NCBI GenBank assembly: GCA_004764695.1
Contig: SMSO01000031.1
Location: 8,104,761 to 8,168,760, forward strand
Length of the DNA: 64,000 bases
Reading direction: 5' to 3'
DNA from: Schizochytrium sp. TIO01
Taxonomy: Eukaryota > Protista > Bigyra: Labyrinthulomycetes
The notes below the pieces were generated by a model. It did no database searches, was not told the DNA's origin, and saw only the letters and a program-made list of their open reading frames with translations. Made by a program: the position numbers and the translations under genes. Of the stretch, positions 20,400-31,641 are shown piece by piece. How positions within the stretch are numbered: position 1 is the first letter of the stretch; every line of letters begins with the position of its first letter.

Positions 20400-23300
20400 A
20401 TTCGACTCGCATGTGTCCAATGTGATTGGAGTGCAAGTGGTTTGGTTAGTAGATCATCTATATTATCCGCACTTTTGACATGATGTATTTTGAGTGTTTT
20501 ATTTTATCTTCTGTGAATCAGTACAGCAAGTTGTACTGCCAGGTATCCTGACTCACTATTGACATCTTCTTTCTTAACACATTTTACTAGTGGTTGATTG
20601 TCAACAAATAATTGCATTACGTCAATATGGATGCTCATATCTGCTAGCAATTGTCTAATGAATTCCCCATAAAGAACTCCTCCAACTGCAGCTATTAATT
20701 CAGCCTCATATGCACTCTCTGTCACTGTAGCCTGTTTAGCTGTCTTCCATAATACAGCACTGTTTGTTTAACAGTATAACGTATCCTGAAACACTACGGC
20801 GTAGCTTGTCATTCTTCTTGTTGAAAGACGCATCAGTGTATACCTGAAGTTCCAAATCTTTCACCGACTTAGCACCTTTTAGGGTAAGTGGCATAGCACC
20901 TTTTAGGGTAAGTGGCAGTGCATTTGTGTATTGTACATAACGGAATGCATGTTTAAGTGCTGCCATGTGCTCTTTACCATAATTTTGTCCATGACTTGCT
21001 AGCTGGTGCAGGGTGTAAGCCATATCAGGACGAGTTTTGTGCAGGTGCATAAGTGTTCCTACCAGAGAACGATAATTTTCATTCACTGACTCTTCAGGAT
21101 GTACACTCAACTCTTTTCTTACAGCGTCTAAGAGCCCTTTTACGGTACTCTTTTTTACTGATAGTACAAATCTTTCGTGTTTTCATGTATACATGTGTAT
21201 CACTAAGATAATGACACTTCTGGTCTCGGTTCACTTTGATGCCTACATCTGCCTGTAGTTCCTCAACTATAGAATTAATTGCTTAGGGTGCTCCAAAGAT
21301 TCGCATGTCATCGACATGAATAAGTTTTCACCTAGGAAGAGTGATGCATCAGTTATAGATCTTTTTAGTCCATAGCTTTCTATAACCGCAGTTAGATGAT
21401 CCATCCATCGGCGAGGTGCACTTTTAAGACCATAAAAACTCTTGCGAAGCCTAAAGCAATAGCCTTCTTTCAGTTCTACCCCTTCTATGCCACGAATGTA
21501 CAAAAATTCATCATCTGGTAGTGTGCTTCCAGAAACGCAGCTGTTACGTCAATTGTGATTGCATCATAGCCTCTTGTAAGTGCAATAATCATTGCTACAC
21601 GAATGCTTACTACATTAACAGTTGGCGACTAGATATCGTATATATTTTTAACTTTCTCATCATAGCCTTGAACTACAACTCTAGCTTTCAATATCTTCGA
21701 TGGTGATGGCTTCTTTGTAAACACCCGTCTTGTTCCCATATGAGATAGTCCTTCTGGTACTGTGTCCAGATGTACGATTTCCAGAACTCCGGCACGTGCA
21801 ATATGCCTACATTCGCCATTCATTGCCTCAATCCATAGCAATTATAAAATTATTTGGTAGTTGTATCATTGCTTTATACGTTGTCGGTGCTTCTATGTCA
21901 TCGTAGGGATATTTCTTCATTTTCGGGACTGGGATATTGTGAGTCCTACTTCCTGCTCTCGACGTGTCTATCTTTATAAGTAGAACAGCGAGTTGCTTCT
22001 CAAGAAAAACCTTCTCTTTCTATTTATGTTTAACCGATTTCGAATCTGCCAAGTTATTATTCTTCCCCCCGATCCGGGATCGTTTTGGACTTTGAGCATA
22101 GTATTGGTGTTTACTAGCAGCGCCTTTGCACTGTAGTCAACATTTAGAGGGACGACGTGTTTGCAGAACCTTTTTGGATCTACGCCTGTCATCTCGAGAA
22201 TGTTGAGAACTACCAGCCAAATCTTGGGCTGTATCACTCACTGTCTGAGTCACTTTGTGAGTCATCGTGATTGTCCAGTGTGTGATATTCATCACCGTCA
22301 GATTCACTGTACGAATCATCGTGATCTTCCATTCGAATTATTGTAATATTGTCTTTAGGAACATTATTCATTCTATCACCGAGAGCATCTGTGGCTCCTC
22401 CCCTTGTAGTGAGTTCACCGAAAGCATCTGTAGCCTCCCTTGTGGTGCCTCGTACAGCAAGACGTTCTACACCGAAAGCATCTTTGGCTTCCCTTGTGTT
22501 GTCTCCTACAGCAAGATGATCAGTACCTGTGGACTGTTGTAGCGATCTCGGAGAAATTTGTGTTCTGGGCGTGTGCTGCGCATCATCTTTTGAAGTCTTA
22601 TCAGTCACTGTCTGTGCATCATCTTGCGATGTCCTATTAGTTGCCTGCCGTGCGCCGTCGTGCGGTGTCTGGTCGGGCATCAAATAATCTTTACCATTGC
22701 TGCCTTGTGGAGAAGTGTTCGAAATGGGTAGTGGTATCACTATCTGGAGTTGACTGTCGACCAGAGGTCAAGTCATCGGAGTTGCTTCAGGTGTTACCTG
22801 AAAGTTTTCTCCTTCTATTTGTTTATTTGCATCTTCATATGCCCAGTGCTGAATTTCGTCAGTTGTAATGTCTAGGCCCGGAGATTCAATTCTATTGCGA
22901 ACATCTTCAGTAATTGCATCATCGTACACGATGACTTCTCGGGACTGTATAATTTTATCCTTTGGGTAAGTACATGGTAAGTTCCATGAGTGTAATTACT
23001 TGCATACCCTAGGAAATATCCTATTTCGTCTCTATCTTCAAGTTTTGGCGAAACTGGGAGTTTCTTGTATACACATGGTGCTCCGAAACTGTGAAACTTG
23101 CTATTGTCCTGGGCTACCCCAAAATGTTGCTAATATGGAGATGATACGTTCCGGCTGAAAGCCGTACGACTCCTTATATGTACAGTGTGGGAAAAGCAAA
23201 TGACCAGTCCTTTCTTCATAGTGAAGCAGTTTTCAGATGTGAACGAAGGCCATTCATGAGTACTCGATTAATTCCTTCAGCTGGATTGGTCGCATGTGAA

Positions 23301-24200
23301 TGTAGTGCCAAGAACTGATGTGTCCATTGAAGATCTTTAATCCGTGATGCAAATGATCCTCCTTTAAAGTATGTTGCTCCGTCAGTGCGGATCGTGACAT
23401 GAGGATTATTCGTGTCTTTTAACCAGTGCTTGCGAAATTTGTCTAGTGTAAGAACAACTTCTTCTGTCGATCTCATGAAATAGACATACGCAAAATCTGA
23501 GTATAGGTCGCGATAAGTGATTGCGTATATGGATCTCTATGGTAGCCCGGGGACATTAAATGGTCCCATCACATCAGCAGCAGCTGCTTGCCTAGGTGCA
23601 TTAGGATATGGCTTGTGTGGGCCTTTCATCGCAGGTAGTCGTTCAAAGTTCGCGATCTTACAGTCTATGCATCGGTAATTGATGCGAGATGCGGATATGC
23701 CTAAGGAACTTGCCAGTCTTTGTTTTGATGCATGTCCTAATTTTAAGTGTAATTCCAGCCAGTCTCTATTCATCTTCTCCAGTCCTTTCATAGCACGAAT
23801 TGTTAAAGCCGTGGCTGTCAGTGCTCTTACAGGAACTAGCATCGGTAGATTAGACTGTTTTTGTAAGATAACTATTTCACCATGTGGGTTTTCATGTAGT
23901 GATGATTCTTTTCATGATGAACTGAGTAACCGCATTGGGTGAGTCGCATTGTCGATATTAGAGTATGGTCTGAATCTGGAGCATGATACGCAGTGATTGC
24001 CATTGGGACGATTCTATTCGAGTCAGTCCTTAGCTGTATTCTAGCGTTCCCTTTCCTACTATGTGTACAGATTCACCTTGAGCATCTTTCATAGTCTTGT
24101 AGTTTTTGAGTAACTCTAGATGTGGTGTTACATGTAGGTTGCGTCCTGAGTCCATTATGATCCCTTTTGACTTTTGATTCGATTTTGTCGGATCTGTATT
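20400..24200 (-). pseudogene. copia pol (protease, GAG-pre-integrase, integrase, RT, RNase H) broken by many stops and frameshifts
   Basis: IMDSG (PR); HLKLGHAS...CIDC; DVMGP, IRTDGA and AEGINRVL (IN); LKARVVVQG, LRKSFYGLKSAPRRW and YRSLVGTLMHL..TRPD (RT); VYTDASF...RRSVSG, EAELIAA and VDNQ (RH). Confidence 0.92.
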
Positions 24201-24215
24201 AACTCAACATACTCG

Positions 24216-25562
24216 TCATGCTCCTGCTAGGTTCACAGAGATACATGATTCATCATCTGAATCATATGCTGAGGTATGATTAAGTACCTTGTTGCGATTC
24301 TTTGCTTGATACCGTTTCCTTTTCTTGGTATGTTCTCTAGACTCCTTATGCAGTGAGTTGTTCTGCTGCGGACATTTAGTGTTCTTATGTCCAGACTCAT
24401 TGCAGATCCAACATTTCCTATTTGTGTAGTTACAATCGTCGGCTGAGTGATTAAAGAGTCCACAACGAAAACATGGCTCTTTTGAAGTCTGTGGATGTCT
24501 TTCCCCCCCCGAACGATGACTCTGAGACGGATGATTGGACCGTGAGGGTCTTGGTTTGAAATGTTTCGGACGGAACACGTGTGCCTGTAAATCATCAGTG
24601 TCATTGTGATTAGCAGATGAGGCCGCGAAGTTGTAATGTTTTGCATACCGTTGGATGTTTCCCTCAATCAGAGAACTGTCCGTTCGTAGCGTCGCTAGAT
24701 CTTTATAGCTGTAGTGTTTTGACTCCTTCATTTCATTAAACTTTGTGAAGGAGTTGACCCCAAGGTGTCCTTCATAAATGTTGTAAGTTGTAAGTACTAT
24801 TATATCTTCCACCGTCAGTTGTTGAGCTTTCATACTTGCAGCAGCGCTATTTAGATCTCTATTAAGTTGTATTCTTTCTCGAGGTGTCAATGTGTGAATA
24901 GGTCGTGATATAGCTTTATAAAGACATTGAATCAAACATTTGATATGCCACATGTTTATAGTTCCTGGACGGAGGTCCGCTTGAGATGAGAGGTCATGCC
25001 AGAGAAAAAGACCTGGGTATTCTTCGTCACAATCCAATAGACGCTCAATCGACTTTTTAAATGCAGGGCCTGTCTGAATTTCTAGAATCGTCATAAGTTC
25101 TCTATCAGCTATAAGCTTATCTATAGGATCCTTGATCTTCTCAACATCTTCAGGATGACAACCACAAAGCCCGAAAAGTCTTTCCACGTTTCTGATCCAT
25201 GTAGGCCAGGTGATCATGTCTATATCTAGGGGTTTAATCATAGCGTATTTATGCGCTCGTCCCTTTCTATAAAGTTTCTTCGATTTCCTAGATTTGGAAT
25301 AATCTTGATCAGATTGATCGCTTGAGTCGCTTTCATCTGAAGACTCAAGTTGTTTAGATCTTTTCGAAGTTCTCTTCTTCTTTTCATCGTGTTGTCTCTG
25401 ACTTAGTTCGTCAAACTTGTTGTTTATTAAAGACACCATGTTGTCTTGTAGCTGTTTCAACATAGCCATGGTAACAGCGTCTCCACTTTTGGGTTGACTT
25501 TTCTCAGAAGAAGACGAAGAAGTAGACTTCGCGTCAGAAGGAGACTTCGCGCCCTCGGACAT
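24216..25562 (-). CDS. gag: copia Gag with two CCHC zinc knuckles
   Basis: Uninterrupted 448-aa ORF containing CFRCGLFNHSADDC and CWICNESGHKNTKC. Confidence 0.88.
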   Translation of the reverse strand: MSEGAKSPSDAKSTSSSSSEKSQPKSGDAVTMAMLKQLQDNMVSLINNKFDELSQRQHDEKKKRTSKRSKQLESSDESDSSDQSDQDYSKSRKSKKLYRKGRAHKYAMIKPLDIDMITWPTWIRNVERLFGLCGCHPEDVEKIKDPIDKLIADRELMTILEIQTGPAFKKSIERLLDCDEEYPGLFLWHDLSSQADLRPGTINMWHIKCLIQCLYKAISRPIHTLTPRERIQLNRDLNSAAASMKAQQLTVEDIIVLTTYNIYEGHLGVNSFTKFNEMKESKHYSYKDLATLRTDSSLIEGNIQRYAKHYNFAASSANHNDTDDLQAHVFRPKHFKPRPSRSNHPSQSHRSGGERHPQTSKEPCFRCGLFNHSADDCNYTNRKCWICNESGHKNTKCPQQNNSLHKESREHTKKRKRYQAKNRNKVLNHTSAYDSDDESCISVNLAGA

Positions 25563-25720
25563 ATTGATGACTTTTCAGTACTGCTACAGTTTTGACTACT
25601 TTAAGTATTTTAGTGAACGGATGGGTTTTCCACTCAAGTGAATATATTCTACCTCTGTTGTGCTTTCACCTCCAAGACTTCGAGGGACCGAGTGATTAGA
25701 CTCGCAGACCCCTTTCGTAT

Positions 25721-25735
25721 CTCGGGCCCCTAACC
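25721..25735 (-). promoter_or_regulatory. Primer-binding site of the half-tRNA-iMet (Hemivirus/Drosophila copia) type
   Basis: GGTTAGGGGCCCGAG directly abuts the 5' LTR and resembles GGTTATGGGCCCAG, the complement of the iMet anticodon arm. Confidence 0.75.
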
Positions 25736-25929
25736 TATTGCAAGTTAGCGTGAGGCGATCACCAAGAGATAACGTAGGTAGAGAGATGAAGGAAAAGAAT
25801 AGTTTGCATTGACGTTCAGGAACTGCTGACAAGGTATCATCTATCTAGGCTTCTGGGCTTGTGAACGTTCTACATGGGTGTTCTCAAATATGCACACCTG
25901 TGTACACACCTACCTGTTATACTTCAATA
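25736..25929 (-). repeat. 5' LTR
   Basis: TATTG...CAATA terminal inverted repeat; matches 20159-20359. Confidence 0.93.
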
Positions 25930-27038
25930 GATGTGTAAAGATATTCCACGGTTGAGCTTTAAACGGTATGGTGTAGCTGCAGTGATTGACAGTTTATTGT
26001 GAATCGTTGATTGCAAAATTAAAATATGGAATATAAAAAAACCTTCTGAAGTCTTATAGGAGGTCGAGTCCCCACGCGCAGGCTATTTTGCTTGCAGAGG
26101 AAGGCAGGCAACTGGTATTTCTTTGCATGATTTGAAGAAGAAGAGAAGAGAAGTGAATTTACTATTTGAATTGGAGAATCAAATTACATGCAGAAGGAGC
26201 TTCGATGAAGTGCTCAATAGTATCATTGAAGTAAAGACTAAGGTGAGCGCAAGTTGTTTATGCTGACTTCGGTCAACTTTGTTTTGGTTATTCACCAACA
26301 TAAGTAGACTATTTATCATGAAGTAGGGTAGTACCTACACACCCACCTTTGCAAAAGAAAAGAAAAGGAATAGAAAGAATATTTTTGATACAAAATAGGT
26401 CATATCACCCCTTGGCGAATGTACTGCTTAAAACTGGTCCGTCCCCGACTCATTATCTGCTCCGCGTGCAATACTTCGCAAGGAAACAATTGTCTAACTA
26501 TTTTTCGTATACCACAATATATGACCGTTTCATGTAGAGTGTATCTTAGACAAAAGAAAGAGACTGTTTTTTCCCTATTTGAGAGCGCATAGTTAACTCT
26601 AGGAGCTAATATTGTAAAATACTCGTGTTCTTGTTTTTTATTTCATCATAGCAGACCAGAATATTTTATAAGGTATAAAATACCCCTCATAAGTGGCCTC
26701 TGTGAATTCGTTGGGCTTAGTGCTAAACCTTCAGGCGACCACTTCATGTATCAAAGGAGAGAAGTGATACACTCTACCAATAAGCATAAGGAAGGTCTAA
26801 GAGTAGTTCTGATTGTCTTTTACAAAACAATATTATAGAGACTTGCGAAGTTTGCTTCCAAGCTTAAAGCAAATTTTATTACGCTCGTGAAGCAGCCGCA
26901 GCAATTCAGGAACTGCAAAAGTTTAGTTTCTCCCGTCAGGTACAAACTGCTGAAGTCTGTAGACAACAAGCTTGGCGACTCAAAGTCCAGACGTGATATA
27001 TATATGCAAGAGTTGCTCGGTCAAAGAAACGTAAACTA

Positions 27039-28610
27039 ATGCCAGACGAAAGCACGACAGCAGGCTCTGCGTCTGCAGGCCAAAAACTTGGCAATAACGA
27101 GCTTGAAGCTGCGTCTGACTACCTGGCAAGACATAATTTCAAGGTGCTTGTGGAGTTTTTGACGGCAGACGTGATCTTAAATCGTCCCCGTGACCCGGTA
27201 GCATTCCTCCGTGATGTTTTAGACGAGAAGATCCAAACCCGGGAAGGGAAGGCATATTCCCCCGCAGACTGTGTTCAGTATGCAAAAGATTGCTATCGCG
27301 AGGCTTCAGCTACTGCAGACGAGAGTGGTCAAATCCATCCACGCAAAGTTCCTCGTAAACCTGGTACTTTGGCTGATACAATGCTCATGAAGCAACGGCT
27401 TGCAACTCTTGAGCAAGCAATTACCTCATCAAGAGCTATCGCTGGGCAGCTTGATCCATACGATGCAACCGAAGTCATTGTAAAGGAGACGTGCAAACTA
27501 CTTCATTGTGATCGAGCTACTCTTTTCACAATAAACCAGAACGCAAACCAGCTCCAATTAATGGTTTCAAAGGGTGCTCAAAGCATCCTACTTCCGATTG
27601 GTCAAGGCGTGGCTGGTTCTGTAGCTGCGACAGGAGCTCCATGTAATATTCAGGATGCATACGAGGATGCCCGATTTGATAGCGAGCATGACGCAAACTC
27701 TGGATATCGTACAAAATCAATTCTTGCAGTTCCTATCCAAGATGGGGACGGGAAAACTGTCGGTGTACTACAAGCGATCAATCGATTCCCGGAGAAGACA
27801 AAGCAGTACCAAGCGGGTATGGACAACTATGCTGACGAAAGTGCTGAATCAAAAGACTCAGCTCCAAGTGGAGGAAAGGGAGGAGACAAATCCAAGCATA
27901 TCTCCTTCTCCGCTATGGATGAAGAAATGGTTGGGATTTTAGCATCTCAAGCAGGAATTGCGCTACATAACACAGGCCTTTATCAGAAAATGGCAGCCTC
28001 ACAGACTAAAATCCAATCACTGCTTGATATCATTCAGGCCCTTCACAGTAATCTTGGTGTAAATTCGCTCTTGTTTACTATAACTCAACGCGCTCACGAA
28101 CTTGTTGAAGCTGACCGTTGTACAATGTTCTTACTTCACAAACAAGATAAAGAGCTTATGTCATTGCAGGGCGAAGTCAACTTACGCATTCCAATGGATA
28201 AGGGTATTGCTGGCGAATGCTGCATGACAAATAGCGAAATTATAATTGCCGATGCATACGCTGATGAGCGCTTCAATCAAGAAGTTGATCAAAAGAGTGG
28301 CTATAAAACAAAGACTATTCTATGTATGCCGTGCCGTGACAATGATGGAGAAGTTGTGGGTGTAATTCAGCTAATCAACAAGCTCAGTGGAGAGTTCACA
28401 GAAGAGGATAAACACATTATGCAGTCTTTCCTTAACATTGCAGGTCCTCTTCTGGCACAATCCCAGATGTTCCAAGCCCGAGCAGAGCAGAAGTCCCAAA
28501 ATGAATTTTCTGGAACACCTATTACAAGAACGTCTTCGTCTATGAACCGCCCCAAGACCGATACATCTATTCTTGAAGAAGGCGATGAGCAAGAAGAGGA
28601 CGAAGAATAA
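27039..28610 (+). CDS. RIIa/Dpy-30-like dimerisation-docking domain + two GAF domains, with no catalytic domain
   Basis: YLARHNFKVLVEFLTADVILNRPRDPVAFL; two PDE-type GAF repeats (CDRATLF...AYEDARFD..HD..SGYRTKSILAVPI...VGVLQAIN and ADRCTMF...AYADERFN..VD..SGYKTKTILCMP...VGVIQLINK); acidic tail. Confidence 0.85.
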   Translation: MPDESTTAGSASAGQKLGNNELEAASDYLARHNFKVLVEFLTADVILNRPRDPVAFLRDVLDEKIQTREGKAYSPADCVQYAKDCYREASATADESGQIHPRKVPRKPGTLADTMLMKQRLATLEQAITSSRAIAGQLDPYDATEVIVKETCKLLHCDRATLFTINQNANQLQLMVSKGAQSILLPIGQGVAGSVAATGAPCNIQDAYEDARFDSEHDANSGYRTKSILAVPIQDGDGKTVGVLQAINRFPEKTKQYQAGMDNYADESAESKDSAPSGGKGGDKSKHISFSAMDEEMVGILASQAGIALHNTGLYQKMAASQTKIQSLLDIIQALHSNLGVNSLLFTITQRAHELVEADRCTMFLLHKQDKELMSLQGEVNLRIPMDKGIAGECCMTNSEIIIADAYADERFNQEVDQKSGYKTKTILCMPCRDNDGEVVGVIQLINKLSGEFTEEDKHIMQSFLNIAGPLLAQSQMFQARAEQKSQNEFSGTPITRTSSSMNRPKTDTSILEEGDEQEEDEE

Positions 28611-28794
28611 AAGTGATGACTATGTAAACAAAAGGAACTCAAATAACTTCTAGAATCCTAAAAAACAAGAGCAACATTTTAAAACTTTCACCAGTAGTAC
28701 GTATGCAGAACTTTTATTTCACCTGGAAGTCACAGAACATGATGACGGCCTATATTTTTTATTGTTAGAAAATGTTTTGTCAAGATTGTTCTTA

Positions 28795-30779
28795 TCAGTG
28801 AAAAAGATAAGACCCTCTTTTATGTGGTGTTGGAGATAATCCTTCTGTGGAACAACTGTAATTCTGCAAAGCTGTACCACAAGGTTGGGATTTCGCTCGA
28901 ACTTCACGTACAACAAAATGTACAGATGAAATAGGGTATTCTTCTTCTGAAGCCTGGTTTGAGATGGGGGGAAATCGACTCTGACGAGGCGAAGGTGGAA
29001 TATTAACATGTGAACGCGATTCGGGACGTGGCTTAGGCTTACGTGAAGCAAACTGGTATCTTTGTTCTTCTTCTTGTCTGACATTCTTTGCAATTTTGAG
29101 GAAGCGTTGACGCCTCTCTTTCGTTGCTTTCCGAATATCCTCTTCAGACATCCGCGATTTATATTCACGGGGTGGTGCGTATCCTTCCTGCTTTGCCATA
29201 GCTTCTTGAGCAGCACGAAGTGATTCTTTACGCTGACGAACGCGTTCCTGAGACTTTGCGACGAGATCTGCGGCCTCGCATCGACTTTGTGTTGTACTTT
29301 GATTTTCATCTTCATCCGTTCTGTGCTTTCGAGTTTGCGCTTGCTGTTTTCTGCGGTGCATAGCTATACGACGTTGACTAAGCTCTGCAGCCTGCCGAAT
29401 TCGTTCTTGCCGAGCAGCTTCTTGCTCTTCGCGTTCGGCCTTTTCCTTCTCCAGCGCATCTTCTTTTGCCTTTTCTGCTGCCCGACGAACTCGTGCTTGC
29501 TCTTGAATTCGAGCTTTTGTCTTCTTCTTTAATTCCTCGGCTTTCAACTCCAGCTCGGCAAGTCGTTGTTGGTCTGCTTCAAGTTTTCGTTGAGCTGCAT
29601 CCTCCGCTGCCATGCTTTTACGTTCAGTCGCCTCACGCCCCCGCGTGGAGCGAGCGATCCCGTTAGCACCTGCTGAAGCCACGCTTATTTCCTCGCATCC
29701 TTGTAGCCCAAATATGTGTCCCTTACCTGCTCGTCGAGCTCGACTTTGCTGTGCTTGGTCTACCTTTAGGTAGTGTACTTTTGCAAAAACTTTGACAAGG
29801 CCTTGATCTGTTCTGTCTCGGATACTGGGAACATTTGCAACAGATTTATCTAAGGTGAGCTTTATATTTACAGGAGTACCAGTCACTTCAATGTCAGAAA
29901 CTTTGTATATGTTTCCACAGATGAGTAAATCTTGCGTTGTGTTCTCCTTAAACATGTTTGCTTCTCGAATGTCTGTTCGAAAGTAGACAGAGTTGGAGCC
30001 ACGAGCAGTCATGCCACCTGCACTAAGAGGAATCCACATGAATTGGTGTGGTGGAGGAGCTACGCGAGGTGTGACAAGTGAGTCTGCACTTGCCACAGAA
30101 TCGGTGTCATGCATGTTGTCTTTGTCCTCATCTTGCAAGTCTGGCATAATGCAAGGCTCATTTGCGCTGAAAGTGTGGAAGCTATGGTCTGTTTTGTTGT
30201 TTGAACGAATGGCGTCTGATGGAAGCATAGAGGTCGACCTTTCATTTACGTCCGTTTGAGGGCTTGGTGTTTTGGTTTGATTAGATGGAGGAGGATTGGC
30301 CGTCTCTTTCTGGTCAGGAAATAGTGCATTGGCTTGACGCACAAATTCTCGAGCTCGAGCCAAAAGGTCATCCTCAACAAGTAAAGGAATGCATTTACTG
30401 ATGAAGCTTTACTTTGCTTCTCCTGTTCGGCTAGTAAAGTTGGTTTCCTTTCTATTGAAGGCGACTGGGATGGGAGCGACGATGGGACTAGTGAAGGTTC
30501 TCTTTTGATCTGACGTGATCTTGGATTGTGTGATTCCAAGGGTTGCTTTGTTTCATTTTCTTCGCGAGGCCTAGAGCTAGATTGTGCTCGCTTACGGGTA
30601 GGCCTAGTCCGCTTAGCATTCACGTTTGGTTTGGAGACCGTTCTTGCAGCCGTCTGTCCATCTTTTTGTTCTCTTTGTTGAGGCTTGTCAGTCTCCTCGT
30701 TTACCGTGCTTTGTCCAATGCCTCGTATTAAACTATCTAAGCTTTGTAGCTGAGCCTCCACAGACTCCAACACGACCAT
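28795..30779 (-). CDS. Low-complexity/coiled-coil hypothetical protein, split into two ORFs by one frameshift or micro-intron near 30373-30398
   Basis: Overlapping same-strand ORFs 30246-30779 and 28795-30363; long E/K/R/A coiled coil. Confidence 0.7.
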
Positions 30780-31641
30780 TTTGCGTGCTCACGTTTGCAA
30801 GTTTTGTCCACTGCCGTTTGTTCAAGAAGAAATGTAAAGCGTCGCAACCTAGCTCTTGGTCCCGAAGTACCATCCACCTGTACTGGCATCACCCAAGGGC
30901 ATAACAGTAGCAGTATATCCTGTAAAACCTCACATCTAAAAGCACGTACAATTGTTGATCCATCTTTCATCCGCTCGCTGCACTTCTACCTTTAGGTTTA
31001 GATAGAGTAACGTCCTCCTGGGTCTACCTTGTAAGTCCCTTATTTTGAACCTCCATGTTATTTAATATTAAAAATAATATGAGCCAATATTGGAAATATT
31101 TCATTAAAAACACGGTGTATTGCAAAGTTGAAGACGATGAAGGCGTCGAATTTGTCCGTTCAACCTCATGGAGGAATTACGGAAAAAGTCGAGTTTTTAT
31201 ATTATGAGAGAGAAGGTTGACAGTGCATTCATAACATCTGATGGAGAACATGTGTGACTAGTCGATAGGCGAATAAATAAACTAGGGAGGAGCGTTGTAC
31301 TAGATAAAGCTATGATTTCTCGATAAGGTCCTCATATTACTTTTATGTTATGACCACTCTTGTTATAATTGCAGGTTTTTAAGGACAGAAAGGAACCTTA
31401 AGACTCTTGTGGACGCACAAGTTGGTTGTTGAATGTTTCTGCCAAGCTAGAACAGGGTACAAATTCAGGATTGTTTACGCTTTGTGTGTGGGTGGGGGCA
31501 TATGCACGCGTGTGAATGAGGTTCGTGTGATTACTCTTCGCTGGTAACAAAGAGAGAACACAAAGTTGCAATTCGCAGCGATCAAGGCAGAAGACGCCAG
31601 AAGAAGCAGCTACAATCTTCACAAACACAAATAAAATCAAA

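Larger units (their letters stand above)
20159..25929 (-). mobile_element. Full-length Ty1/copia LTR retrotransposon with a degenerate pol
   Basis: Two ~195-200-bp LTRs; gag-PR-IN-RT-RH order; PBS; PPT; flanking GATAT/GATGT (5-bp TSD with one mismatch). Confidence 0.95.
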
